Below, one piece after another: positions 50,683-63,388 of a stretch of DNA of 64,000 bases. This stretch comes from Lama guanicoe (taxonomy: Eukaryota). Position numbers and translations under genes: made by a program. Where the stretch lies: positions 4,771,328 through 4,835,327 of the forward strand of contig MU054220.1 in assembly GCA_013239625.1 (NCBI GenBank). The letters run 5' to 3'. A model generated the notes under the pieces. It was given only the letters and a program-made list of their open reading frames with translations. It had not been told where the DNA came from and ran no database searches. Each line of letters opens with the position of its first letter. The first letter of the stretch is position 1.

Positions 50683-52704
50683 TCTGAAGAGACTTTAAAT
50701 CAAGCACCTGAGAAACTAAATGATGGACATGGAATCCTTCTCAGATAAAAGACCTAAAATGGCTCCAAGAGGTTGCAAGGTGGACTCTACTGAGGCTCTG
50801 AGCCAAGCTCTTCCACAATTCCTTCTCTGCTCAGGTTCCTCAGGTCAACCAGATGACCCACTATCAAGGGACAAACTTTTTTTTTCACACTTATTTTCTG
50901 GTTCATAGTTAATCAATGTAATAGGAGGAACCCCCAGAGATGGTGGGAGATCTTTCCAGTCTTTCTTACAATTAACATTTGCTCACAGTCTAATTTTGCT
51001 TAGCAGTAGCCTCATTTCTTTTAGGTACCCAAGGGGCTCTGTGCCTCACCTACTTACAGGATGATGCAGAGCTCAGGAGGAACCTAGAATAAGGCTGACT
51101 TGTCATGCAGGAAGCTTAAAAATATATGCGTGTTCCTCTCCCTCCTTTTGCTGGTACAATATCAAGAGTAACCATAGCTGATAGTTATTGAGTAACCTCA
51201 GATACCGTGCTAAGAGGTATGTATACATTATCTCATTCAGTCCTTATGGCAACTCAGTGAAACAGTTCCTTTACAATGTCCACTTTAGAATTGAAAAGCC
51301 GTGGATTGGAGAAATGAAATAACCTGCCCTGGGTCTTGGAGAGGCTAAATAACCTTCCCTAAGCCAAAGAGCTGTTAAGTGTATTAGCTGTATTCTGACA
51401 TACAGAGCAACCCCTCTTTGAGCCCTGGCCGGGTTTTCAAGAACAGACATTAGTAGAGTTCCCTCCAGCATTAGGGGAGTGGAGCCTGGGCAGTGGGACA
51501 CACCTTGCTAAGTCCCAACCAAGACCAAGGGAAGCAGCTGATGTTCCTTCTCATTCCTTTGTCTCATTTCCATAGGGTGAGTGTGACCTGTTTCTAGAGG
51601 AAAAAATTACCACCAGGATGAAGCTCTTTACTTCCTTTTCCATCTCTCAGATAATCCCTGTGACCTCTGGCAAAGCCACAGAAAACAGAAAGGATTCACT
51701 ACATCTTTGGAAATTTCACTGGACTTTTAGAATTTGGGGATGAGCTGGGAGACTGACAGCTGGGGACCTAGTTTAAGAGTAGAGTTCTTTAGGCCCCATG
51801 CCTGAAAAGAAAAGACTCTTTGGGAACTGCATTAAAAATAACCTGGAATGGGGAGGAGTAGGTAATGGATTTTATCAGCAGCTCTCAAGCCATAACTCCA
51901 TCTACCCAGATGTGTAACTTTGCTGGACTCTGTTCACCCAACTCTGGTTAAGGGTCAGTATCAGTTCCTTTGACATAGGGGCTTGGACCACATAGGGAAA
52001 GCAGAGGATATCTAGCTAACATGGGAGGCACTTCTTAATCACAGATGACAGAGGTCCTGCCTTCAATCACCCCATGAGCTTGACTGTGACTATTCATCAC
52101 TCCTGAAGTCGACAGAGGGAGGCTGTCCAGTGAGAAGGTAGGTTTCTGATGACACGGAGAGAAAAATAATACTGCCTTAAAGAGCCTGAGGACCACTGGC
52201 TACAGGAGGAAGACTCAGGTCTGTCCCAGGTCCTTCCTGCCTGTTTTCTTTCTCACTCCCTCATCTCTAGGGCTGACGCCAAATGTTTTCACTCACAGAA
52301 TAACTTGCTGCTCTGGGCCACCAGTATGAACAAACATAGAGGTTCCGATTGGTTAGAGATGATATGTTCAGTTACAAATCAAAACAAAACTTTGGTCTGG
52401 ACTGTAACACGGGAGAATTACTAATGCTTTGATTATATCTGGGGCTCAAGCATATGAAAGGTTCATTTTCATTAGGCCCAGTTTACTTAAACGAATATGC
52501 ACCAAGCCCTCAACAGGGACCAGCCTTCATCATGCTGCAACTTGCTCCGTCTGCATCCTGCTTAGAGCCCTCCAGAGCCAAACTGGTTACAGGGTATTTA
52601 TGTTTTCCTTGAAATCCTGTTCAAAGGCATGGCAGTCTCTCAAGAGGGACCCAAAGGGGCAGGGTATTAGGGACAGAGACAGGGATACCTTAAGAATGGG
52701 AGAA

Positions 52705-52930
52705 ACACTAATAATAGCAAGCATTCACCAAGCACTTTTTATACACCAGGCAGTGTCGTAAAGCATTTCACATGTCTTCATTTACTCCTCATTGTAACCC
52801 TAGGAGGTGGGTACTGTTATTCCCATCTTATAGATGAGGAAACAGAGAGGTAACTGAACCTGTCCAAGGTCTCAGAGCTGCTTAAGTAGGCTGGATTTTC
52901 ATCTAGGCTCTCTAGCTCGTGCTCTGAGCC
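52705..52930 (-). mobile_element. MIR
   Basis: ataatagcaagcatt...ccctaggaggtgggtactgttattcccatcttatagatgaggaaacagag...ccaaggtctcagagct. Confidence 0.75.
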
Positions 52931-55119
52931 CTGTGCTAGATTCTCTCCTCTTACTGGAAGGATCTCCAAGGTGCTGGCAAGGGGCTGGACACGTACAGGT
53001 TCCGAATGAAAAAGGATCCATGTTCAGTCTGGTGTTGTATCTGCTGTGGATGGTCTGCAGAAGGCCAGACATCACAGGGACTAATGAGCCCAGAGAAACT
53101 TGTTGTCTGAGACCTGAGCAACCACTGACCCCTCTACCCCAGGACCTTAGAAGACTGTGATAACAGTACCTTCAACACATCCATGCCCACTCCTCCAAGC
53201 ACCTTAGGAGCTCCTTAAGGACAAGAATTATTCAGCTTGCTCTGAGCAATCATCATGAGATTGCATACTCTGACCCCCTCCTTTTAGAGATGAGGTCAAG
53301 AGAGTCCAAGTGAATCACCTAAGTTCACTAGGGCAGCAGAGCTTGGACTAGAACCCAGTTGACTCCTGGTTCAGTCAACCCATCTGATCATATGGTGTCT
53401 GAAGGCTGGAGGACAGATAAGAGAATATAGTGGGTACTGATGCGGGAGGCTACTAGTACTCAAGGCGCTGCCTTCTAGGAAAAGAAAGGGAGGTGTTTTT
53501 CCAACCTGTGTAGGTGACGAAAGCCTGGGGGAGAGCCAGCTTGTGCCAGCTCACAGGCCCAATTAGGGAATGAGCTCATTGATTTCTGTCCCCAAATATC
53601 CAGCTCACCAGATATAGGTAGTGGGTGGTTAGCTTTTAAAAATCTGAGAACTGATACATCAGTAGGTTACTGTAGAGGAGGAGAAATCCCCTTGCCTTGG
53701 AGGGAGGGCTAAAGAAACATTTTCAGGGAGGGTAAGTGGCTACTTTGCTCTTCTCTTTTCTCTTATATCACCTCCTCAAGTGATTTTTGTTTTCCAAATC
53801 TTTGTGAATTCAATAGAGAAAGGTAAGCAGAAGCGAGTCACCCTCATAGTGAACTGGATCCTAACTGCTGCCCTAGACTGAGGGTAGGGGAAGCCACTCC
53901 CTGCAAAGCCACTCCCTTCTCAGACTTCCTGGTTCTTCAGATCCAAGATGTGGTGGTCTGGGTAAGTCCTAGAATAGTTCTGAGACCCCCAAACCCTAAC
54001 ATAATCAGCCCATGGGCTTCCAATAGAATAAACTGCCATAAAAGCCTGGCCTCCTCACCAAATATTACCAAGTCTTTAGAACTAAAACCTGGATCTTAAT
54101 GGGTGGAACTTTTTCCTTCCAACTGTACATCCACACTAATGAACATGCTCTATAAAACATGCATGAAAAAAATTCCTGATAGAGTGGGACACAGGACGCA
54201 CAGATTTGGAACTGGGAAAGGAAGTCTATGGTGGCTTATTGGCCAGGCAAGGGCTTTATAAGCTCCTAAGAACGCAGTGTTGGTATAGGTCTTACGAAAA
54301 GAAGAATGTGGGCAGCTGAAGGCCTCTTTCACCTTTTGGACTATGGGGGCCTTGGTGGCCAGCAGGACCCATGTCTCAATTATCTCTGAATCAGCAGAGC
54401 CTAGTATACGACCTGCTGTCTGGTGGACCCTCCACGAACTTCTGCTGAGTTTCCAGTTTTGATGAGGACATGGGGACCAGGGCAGTTATTACTTTCCTCT
54501 GTTCTCCACTAGAGAATGAGACCATTGAAAGTCAAGACCTGGCTGAGGAGTAGACAGTCATATCTGCTCCCAAGGAATCACTGAGGGATTCTCATAATGT
54601 CCAAGGAGAACTTGGAGCCTCTGCCCCAGTGGAGATGAGGAGACTTAAGTCTTGCCTCTTGGCTGCAGTGAGTCAAATGCAGATGATCTTCCTGCACCCA
54701 TACTCGCGAGGTCAGACCTGTGCTAAATACTGACTGGGCCCTCTTCTCCTTACCTGGGTGCCTTCACTTTCAGGGACTGGGAGCTGCTGGGAGAAAAGGG
54801 CTTATGGACTCTGAGCTGAAGGGAAAGGTCCCAGGCCTGTCCCTTGCTTGGCAGGGTCAATGGGATAGTTCCTTTGACTTTCAGTAGGATAAGGAGAGGG
54901 GAAGACGGATCTGACCTAGCATCTCCCAAGAGGCGTACTTGTATATGTAAAAAAGTCTAAGAACAACTCTGCTAGCATCAGAAAAGTAAGAATCTACCCA
55001 GGAAAGAAAGGCCTATGGTGGCAATGTCACCCTACAACATGCCATGAGAAGATGTTCCCAAGTCACTTTTCTGATGCTACCTTGGGCTCATCAGTGGCCA
55101 AAGGTATAAAAATAAAGAT

Positions 55120-55370
55120 AATCAAAAAACTGTAATATATCAGATACTCGGTATGTGCCAGGCACTGTGCCAAGCCCTTTGCAAATAACTCCGTCAATCA
55201 TAATAATAACTCTTTGAGGTAGATACTATTATTACTCTCATTTTAAGTGTAAAGAAACCAAGTCATAGAGTTTAAATAAATTGTCAAAAGTCACATAACG
55301 AACCAAACACAGGGGCCAAGATTCGAAGCCAGGACTGTTTGGCTACAAAGCCTGAACTATTTGCCATTAT
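55120..55370 (-). mobile_element. MIR
   Basis: tatgtgccaggcactgtgccaagc...tgaggtagatactattattactctcatttta...gattcgaagccagg. Confidence 0.75.
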
Positions 55371-56852
55371 ATTCAGGACACTGAGTGTGAGAGTCTAGCC
55401 TATCATAGATGTATGTCTGCCTGTACAGCTAAGTGACATGGGACAGAGATGAAGACAGGGTTTAAAAAATTTTAACATCTTCCTCTGTGCACACACATAT
55501 GCACAGACATGTGTATCGTGTATGGAGAACAGTATGCTTTTGGATAAGGCATCTCACTTTCTCATGTCCTTCTCCGTGGGGTAGGTAATATAATGTGAAT
55601 ACTCCCGCTGTTTAGGTGAGGTAAGCAGGTCACAAAGAAGCGAAATAATTTGCCCAAGATCATAATCTACTTGGTTGCTTGAACCCAGGTAGTTTGATGC
55701 CAAATCCATGGCTCTTTGACTAGAACATATTGCCACAATAATAAGACATATTCAGAGTCATCTAGGATTTATTAAGTATCCACCACGGGTTAAGCACTGT
55801 GCTAGGCTCATCCACACACGATACATAATTATCCATTAATTGGTCTTCCAGTCCACTAACTTGGACTGTTGCTGCAGCAGCCTCCAAGTCTAGTAAAGGT
55901 TACAGAAAGGAATAAATAAGAGTAATTCCTTTTCCTCTTTTCTCTAGGTATTCTCAGTAGCCAAGTCTAAGCTAAATATTTCACAAAAGGGTGCAGCTGT
56001 CACCTAAAGGACCAACAAGAAAGAAAAACTAGATTAAGGTTGAAAAACAGAACTCTAAAAGTCCCTGAACCAATGGTGGAGGGTCAATAGTGTCTCTGTT
56101 CTCAACGTCGGGTGCATTTTTAATGCCATCCTATTTCCATTCTAGTCCATCTCACTTTCCTGAGGTGCCCTCTAGCTTTGCTCTTTTGAGGGTAAGGAGT
56201 AGGGAGGCAGTTGATGATGGAAGGAAAAATCCCCTTTCTTCTGGAGTCCTTCAGGCATGTAAGACTATCTTCTTCTTGATCCTTTGAGCCTCAAGCCCTA
56301 CTTCTTCCACGTCAACATCAACTGAATTTATCGCCAGTCATTTCTGGGAATCTGTCATCTAGACCAAGAGATCCCTGGGCAGATTTCACAGGAGTGGTGA
56401 GATCAATAATAATAAAGAAGGACTAGATAATTAAGAAAATTATTCATGAAGCAAGTGAAGTTTTGTTTTTTTTTTTTAATTTGATTGTAGATGGCGAAAC
56501 CTAAGTACATATCAGGCAGAAGACCTGCTTGACGGAGCCAAGCTCGAAAAGTGGTAGGTGGGAATCGGATAGAAGCCTCATTTCCGAGGCCCGGGCTCTA
56601 ACTCAGGGCTTCAGCAGACCTGGAAAAGATCAGCAGACAAATTCTCTCTTCAAAGCTGGGACATCGTCACCAGGAAGTGGTGGACTTTTCACAGAGTGGG
56701 ACTTGGTTAGAGGAGAAAAAAACCCCAACCCCACTGAATGAAAAGTGGAGGCTGCTGGAGTATTTGCTGCAGATGGGTTCTTCATTCGATGAGGGAAAAT
56801 GAGCAGCAGTGTTCTCAGTTTGGGAACTGGGTTACTTCTCTCGTCCTCCTGC

Positions 56853-57814
56853 CTAGGCTGGCTTCACTGGTGTGCAATTTGTATAGTCACACATGGCCCT
56901 GTGCTCGGAAGGGCCAAGTGCTTGTTTTAATCCTCTGCTGTCATTGTCTTGACATTCTTAATAATTTCATCTTTGAAGTTGTGTTTTGTAACTAGAGTCT
57001 ATGGGACAACAGAGAATGCCTGAGTAGAGAAGATACCTGCCATATGCCTATTCACTGTTCCTTGCTGCCCCATAGGGTTGGCAGGACCCCAAGAGCAAAG
57101 AATTCCAGTGGGAGACCAGCGAGACTCCAAGCAGGTCAAGGGTAAGTCTGTGAGAAAGTAGGGGCACAGACAGCATCAAAAGGTCATGATGTTGGAACTA
57201 GAACTTGCTTAAATGCAGAAACAAGGCAATGGGATTTTATGAAACACTAATGATCAAGGAACCCTACCATATCATTTCTTACTCATGTTCCTTCCCTGTA
57301 TTTGCCAACCGCCTATGCTGAAAAGGATGACCCAGAACGAAAGAAAAGGATAAAGCAACCCATAGTTCCTTTCTCTGCCACTCCTCCCTTATTTGTCAGC
57401 AAGCTGAAGTCAGAGATGCTGGTACAACACTCACATATAAGAAGTCAAATAAAAGTAATTCATTTTGTTCAGTGTGTCCATTGTTCTGGTAAGAACTAAA
57501 TGCATTTGCATGTACGACCTATGAAATACAAATTGTATAATTTCAGTCATTCTGCACATGAATTAAATGCACTTATATTTGCATTTAAAACTAGTGTTGC
57601 ACAATATAAAAATGGATGGTAAAATTCATGCTAATAATTAAAATTTTTATTTTTATTTAGCATGACAGTAAACAGCAAATAAAAAAACATGACAAGATGA
57701 GAGACTCAAGGAAAAAAGCTTTATGTCTTAGTACTTTTTTTTCCTGCTTTTTTGAAGAAGGGGCCCTACATTTTTATTTTATACTGGGCCCCAAGAGTTA
57801 TGTAGCTGGCCCTG
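56853..57814 (+). mobile_element. hAT-Tip100 DNA transposon (MER45B/C-like)
   Basis: 5' end aggctggcttcac...gtcacacatggccctgtgctcggaagggcc and 3' end ggggccctacatttttattttatactgggcccc...ttatgtagctggccctg match MER45 termini. About 960 bp. Confidence 0.8.
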
Positions 57815-57950
57815 CTCCTAGCACTGTTTTTCTTTTGGGAAACAGAGGTGAAGCACCAGGACTCATCCAAGGTGATGAAGGGAGAAGGCGGACTTGATTC
57901 TTCTCCTAAGCGAGTAGACATCTGCTTGCGGTAACGGTCTCCAACGTTGA

Positions 57951-58048
57951 GTGAAGGGGGAACTGACACTCCTGAATGAGTATGAGGAAACCCAAGGCAA
58001 ATTCAGGTTCACCACATACACTCAGGGACGTCAGATCCACCCCTGAAC
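57951..58048 (-). ncRNA. MIR670: pre-miR-670 hairpin (5p ~58010-58029; 3p ~57970-57990)
   Basis: Minus strand reads GUUCAGGGGUGGAUCUGAC-GUCCCUGAGUGUAUGUGGUG-AACCUGAAUUUGCCUUGGG-UUUCCUCAUACUCAUUCAGGA-GUGUCAGUUCCCCCUUCAC. It matches the recalled mir-670 precursor and folds as a stem-loop. It lies upstream of mir-129-2 on the same strand, as expected from synteny. Confidence 0.95.
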
Positions 58049-60666
58049 CGGAGGAGGCATTTCTCCATTGGCATCTTCACACTTGACAGAAGATGAAGGT
58101 GGTCCACTCTTTTGTGTGCTGTCTGTAAGCTCACGTGTGGAGAGGACTCCACACGCACACACTCACGTGCACACGCGGGAACGGTTGTGGTCTTGGTGCA
58201 CACATGTACATGTGCACTGCACATAGTGTTTGCATGTGTTGTGTGCTTGGGCGCCTGGTAGCACCTGAGAGAGGTGGTCTTTACATGGATCTCGGGGGCG
58301 GGCGTGGGGCTGGCTGACCGACACGAAACACCTCTAAGGGCAGGGTAAAACTGTCCTTCTGGAACCTGGTCCTCAGGAGACCACAGCTAAGAGTGAAGAG
58401 CCATACTGATGGGCTTGGGGGACTATGGAGGACACCCAGCTATATTTCTAGAACTAGTTTTTCTTGAAGCCACTCTCCCTTTATGTCACAAGAAGACAAA
58501 CACTTGTCGACTTAGGTAAAGAACAGAAACAATTTCAACTTCCTTCTGAAAGGAGTGACATAAGTGATCCCACTGCCTCCTAGGCTGTGAAAGACGACCC
58601 CCTTCCACCCCTGGACAAAGAAAGAGGGGCTGGTCTCATGAACGAAGCCCTTAAGCCATGCGGACAGTGGATGTCAGGCCTGCTGGCCTGCTTTTACTCC
58701 ACACCAGAGGGTCCATAAGGCTGGAGTCGCCATCCACTTTGCTTTCTTTGGCTGGACAACACTTCACACCAAGAGCAGGCTTAGTGCCAGTCTGCGCCCC
58801 CCTTTCACCTCTGACCCCGTTTCTAAGCCTTTGGGTTATTCTAGCTCTGGAGCCATGCAGTGACAAAGGCATTGCTGATTCTAACTTCCAAGCACCCTCC
58901 CCAAATCTCCCACCCCCTTCTGCTGAAAGAGTCACTTTTCATGTTAATTTAATAACCCAGCCAGCCCCTCAGAAGGAAAAAGCCACTAATTCACAGCTTC
59001 AGAATCACATCCCCATCCCGGTGGTCTTCGTCACCACCAGCCCACCAAAGAACCCCTGCCTTTTATCTTCCAGTGCATTTTAACCAGACATTTAAAAGGC
59101 GCCCCCACATTTATATTTAAATACCATGGGGGAGGGGTGCGGATCCCCCCCTCTAAAGAGACTTGTGTTCCACCTTCCAGAAGTGGCTGCTTCTCAGAGT
59201 GGAGGTGATTCAGCTTTCCTACATCATTTGCAGGGGAAAACAGTACTACTGCTGACAGTGCTGCCTGCTTCCCTAGATTGAAAAAAAAAAAAAAACAAAC
59301 CCACAACCCTGCTCTCAGACACATGGAATTCCCATTGATGAAGCTTGGCCAGCACCAGGCGCTGAATTTTCAACCCTCTGGAGGATTTGAACTCCGGCCC
59401 CCAAGGTCAAATGGCTGATGTTTAAAAATCCCTCCCTCCTACTCTTCACTACACACAATAAAGCCCTGGTGGATTTCCCCAGATTAGAGAAGCCCTTGAA
59501 GTCTCTGTCAAAACTAATCTTCTCAGAAGAAACACTTGTTGGTAACCACCTTGCTTTGCACGCCAGCAGGGAAACCAGGGCTCTGCTGGAGAAACTGGCC
59601 TCTGACCCTCCCCCACCCCCATCTGCACAGGGCATCAGGCCACCACACAATCCCTGACCTCACAGAACGCCCAGATCCCCCGGCATCACCGCATATACCT
59701 TGCAAACCCGCGACCCCATTTACCTTCTCCACTTCAAGCTGGGCCCATCCCAGCACCAGCCTCCCAAAGCAAGGAGGCCAACTCCGCAGCTTCCCAGACT
59801 GTGAGAGGCCCTGGATGGGCGCCAGCCTTTCCCTCCTCTGCCGCCCCCGCGATTTAACCCTCCGCCCTGCGGAGTTCAGCCTCAATGGTCTTCAAGCTGC
59901 AAAGTTTGCCAGGCGCCTTTCCCGGCGGTTTTCTTCCACGCCACCGGCCCTAAGAAATCGTGCATAAAGATTTCCCTCTACAGGTGGTTGTGAGCTGTAG
60001 CAGTTTTTGCTCTTGCAATAGAAACGTGTTTTTTTTTTTTTCTTTTAACTGCATTTTACCCGCTAATAAGGGTTTCAAAAATTATTTTGCTTGCACCCAC
60101 TAAAAGGCTTAGCATTTCTCCAAATAATGGGAAGAGAGATGAAATTCTTTATGCAAGAAGTGTTGCTACAACCATCACCACCACCATGCTCTGACTCTCT
60201 TCATCTCCCCGTGGCCCCACTTTGCTCTGACTTCATGAAGCCTTTTCCGAACTAAATTTTCATATGCAAAATAATTACAAGAATGAAGACACTTCGTGAA
60301 TGAGAATCAATCTCAAATATGGCAAAGTGGACAAACTGCCCACTAGATAATCCCCCTCCACCCTCCCACCATTCCCCCACCACTAAACGTCAGGGTTGGG
60401 TGGGGGGTACACAAGACAGCATCCCCTCCCCAGTTTGACACCACAGGATTGTCTTCCAACTGGCATGCCTCCTGCAAAAACCACACACACTCTTAACCCC
60501 AGGAAAGCCTGCTCAAGAAGTCTAGGCGATTTGTACAAATATAATTGTTCAATGAAAAAGACAGTAATCATGGCCAGTCATACAGCTCTACTCCTCCGAA
60601 CATCCACCAACTGACATCATAAACTTTGCAAAAGCCAAACACAAGACAGTGCATGGTATAACCTAC

Positions 60667-61630
60667 CTTGGCGAGCTCCTTCACTTTTTGTGCAAATGTT
60701 TTCCCCTCCGCATGCTTTACAGAGATTTCTAGGGAAATTGGGAAGGACTGGTGAGGGGGTGGGAGAGGTGAGGGAATGAGGGTAATATAAATAAGGAAGC
60801 GTTTTAAATGCACCACGCAAAAAAGCTCAGGGTTTCACGTTCTGTGTCTGCACTCTTCCCGGAGCAAAGCAAAACAGTTCGCGTTCAGTGCCAGACTTGG
60901 AGGGAGAGGGAGAGGAGAGAGGGAGGGGGAGAGAAGAAGAGGAGAGAGGGAGGGGGAGAGTAAGAAAGAGGGTGGGGGAGACTGGAGGAGAGAGGGAGAA
61001 AGAGAGAGAAAGAGGAAATAAGAGAGAGATAGAGGGAGAACACAGGAGAGGTAAGCGGGGAGGGAGGGGGAGAGAGAAAGAAGAAAGGAGGGGGAGAGCC
61101 AGAGGAAAGGAGGAGAGAGAGGACGCAGCCCCCCTCCCACGCTCCCACCCCCACACACTCAGGCACCTCCTGAGTAACTGATCGGAGCAAAGAACTCATC
61201 ACCCACGTTCGAAAACCCCGTTTGGGGACTAAGTCCCGATGCACACACTCTCGGGATCTATTTATAGACAGACCCTAATAATATGCATTGCATTCTGAGC
61301 GTAAATGTGTGTGCACGGATTATATACGGTTCCTTTGACAGGTATGATTTTTAAAAAAAAACATTTTTTTTTGCACTGCAGTGCGTCTGATTATCTCTGT
61401 GTTTTTTTTTTTTCCAATCAGGAAAACATGCATCAGTTTTGGAGGTGTTTGGGGAAAATGGTGGGGGTCTCAATGCCCACAAAACCCTAGCTTCCCCCCG
61501 CCCCTTGCAAAGCTGGGGTATTTGCAGAGTTGGGGCTGTTTGAAAAGGCTCCAGCTCTGGCTCCGTGTAGCACGCCCAGTTCCAGCAGTGTGTGCTATTG
61601 ACCTGCATTGACGTCAGTGCGTCATTAGGT
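60667..61630 (-). promoter_or_regulatory. candidate promoter and first exon of the MIR670 host transcript
   Basis: CTATAAATAG (minus, 61258-61267) is both a TATA box and a perfect MEF2 site. CRE plus half-CRE at 61609-61624, CT-rich leader (minus) 60898-61122, and donor AAG|GTAGGT at 60667/60666. About 3.2 kb upstream of mir-670. Confidence 0.55.
60898..61122. repeat. polypurine (GA-rich) low-complexity tract
   Basis: About 225 bp of almost exclusively G/A on the + strand. Confidence 0.9.
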
Positions 61631-63342
61631 CTCCCTTAGAAACACTGACTTTCAAAAATAGTATCAAATTAATTCAGTTGGAGCCTGGTGAAGAAAGGCT
61701 ACTAGCTGGAATCAGCCATAAAACTCCAGAATTTTCAGCCCTAGATCTCTTCTTTTTCTAGGAGCCAAATTGAAATCAGATTGTATGGAAAATGCCATTG
61801 ATGGGATTTTTTTTTCCTTAAGAAAAGGGACCAAATTAGATTGCAAAACCCAGAACTGCTTCTTCTTCTTCTTCTTTTTTTTTCGTTCCTCTCTTTTTTT
61901 CTGATCTAAAAATAACCCCTTGCTTGAGCTGACTGCGGTATCTTTTGTGTTGCAGAGCTCTGCTTTTAGCGGTGTGGTCCTGGTGAAGGGTGGAACACAG
62001 TGCAGATATCGATCTATTGATATTTGCAAAGCCAGGAATTAATTTTAATAAAACAGGTGCGCCTCATTGTGGTGGTGGGTAATAAGGAAGAGGGGAGAAA
62101 TTTATGCCATTCACACTTTATGGTTTCATTTTTTTTTCCAGTTCATCTTTTTAAAGATAAAACTCCCACCCCGAGTGTCTCACGTGGCCTCTGACCAGCA
62201 CATGCAACCCCCATTCATACAAACAGAAAGCACCAGGGCATTCACACTTAGTAGAGACAGTACATTCATAAGCAAAGGCTCTGGGATCTTCCTTCCTTTC
62301 ACGGTTGCTTGGCAGAAAAGGCATAGCAGCCCACCAAAGCAGGATTAAGTTTAATTGGGGGGGATTTAAATATTCAACTCGATAATTAGGTTGTATTGTT
62401 AATATCTGAACAACCGCCCCCTTCAGGTAGCTCACAACATCGTCCTAATGAGTCTATTTTACAGCCATACGAGTTATATACACCTATGAATTCTATACAT
62501 GAATACAGAGAGTACCTCCCCCATGGAAGCAAGGTGAGTGAGAGATGCCACTCTCAAATCTTTGGGAGAGGATATATTGGATTTCTCTGTTTCACAGAGG
62601 AGGCAGTTTACAATAGTTTTGTATAGTCTTCATTGCCCACACTTCTTGCATCCCAACCCTCTCTCCCTGACCCATTCTCCTCAAATGTGCTGCACTTGTG
62701 CCTCTGGTTGACGAAAGAATTTGGTTTCTTGGGCCCATTCAGTCTTTGGCCTCTGCTGAGACTGTTAATGAGGGGACTAATGAGGGCCATTGTGTACAGG
62801 GGCCCTCTTGGGAAGCCCTTGGATGACAAGGGATGTGGGGGGCCTTGGGTGGAGGGGAAGGAGTGCCCAGGATATATTTAAATCATGTGGCTTAAAATTA
62901 AAAGAGAATTAGTTTTTTGATACACCCATAAGGTCAGGTTTCCAACTGATCACCCGATCATTTATGCTTATCACTATTTGCTAAAAGAATGAGGCCCTTT
63001 CCTTCATTTTCTGAAATCTAGCGGAGAGAAGGACAAGGGTAAGATCTTGTTATCCTCAACATTTTCTGACAAGAGTGGAAAACTTAAAATTCTACCATGC
63101 CAGGCTAGCAGGTCAGGGGAGCAGAGGACAGGAAACCGTACCCATCTGCCCCTTGCTCAGCCCCAAGGAGAAGCACTGAGGCTAGTCAGGAGGCTGTGGG
63201 GCTAGAGTTTACCTAAGGAGAGTCTGTGGTGTTTGGAAGGAACCTTCAGCTGATGACAGGCTGACCACGTGGTTTGCCTGTCTTTCTCCCTCTCTCCTCT
63301 CTGAGAGGGTTCAGGGAGGACGGGCAATTGCTAATGGTTTGT

Positions 63343-63357
63343 GCTGCCGCTGCTGCT

Positions 63358-63387
<30 letters not shown>
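63343..63387. repeat. (GCT)n-(GCA)10 trinucleotide repeat
   Basis: gctgccgctgctgct followed by gca x10. Confidence 0.95.

Positions 63388-63388
<1 letters not shown>

Noticed and set aside
58132..58217. CACGTG copies and the cacatgtacatgtg palindrome next to mir-670
   Set aside because: Embedded in decayed (CA/TG) alternating sequence, where such palindromes arise by chance.
60827..61244. Leu/Ser/Pro-rich and Arg/Glu/Gly-rich ORFs
   Set aside because: Translations of the GA/CT low-complexity tract.
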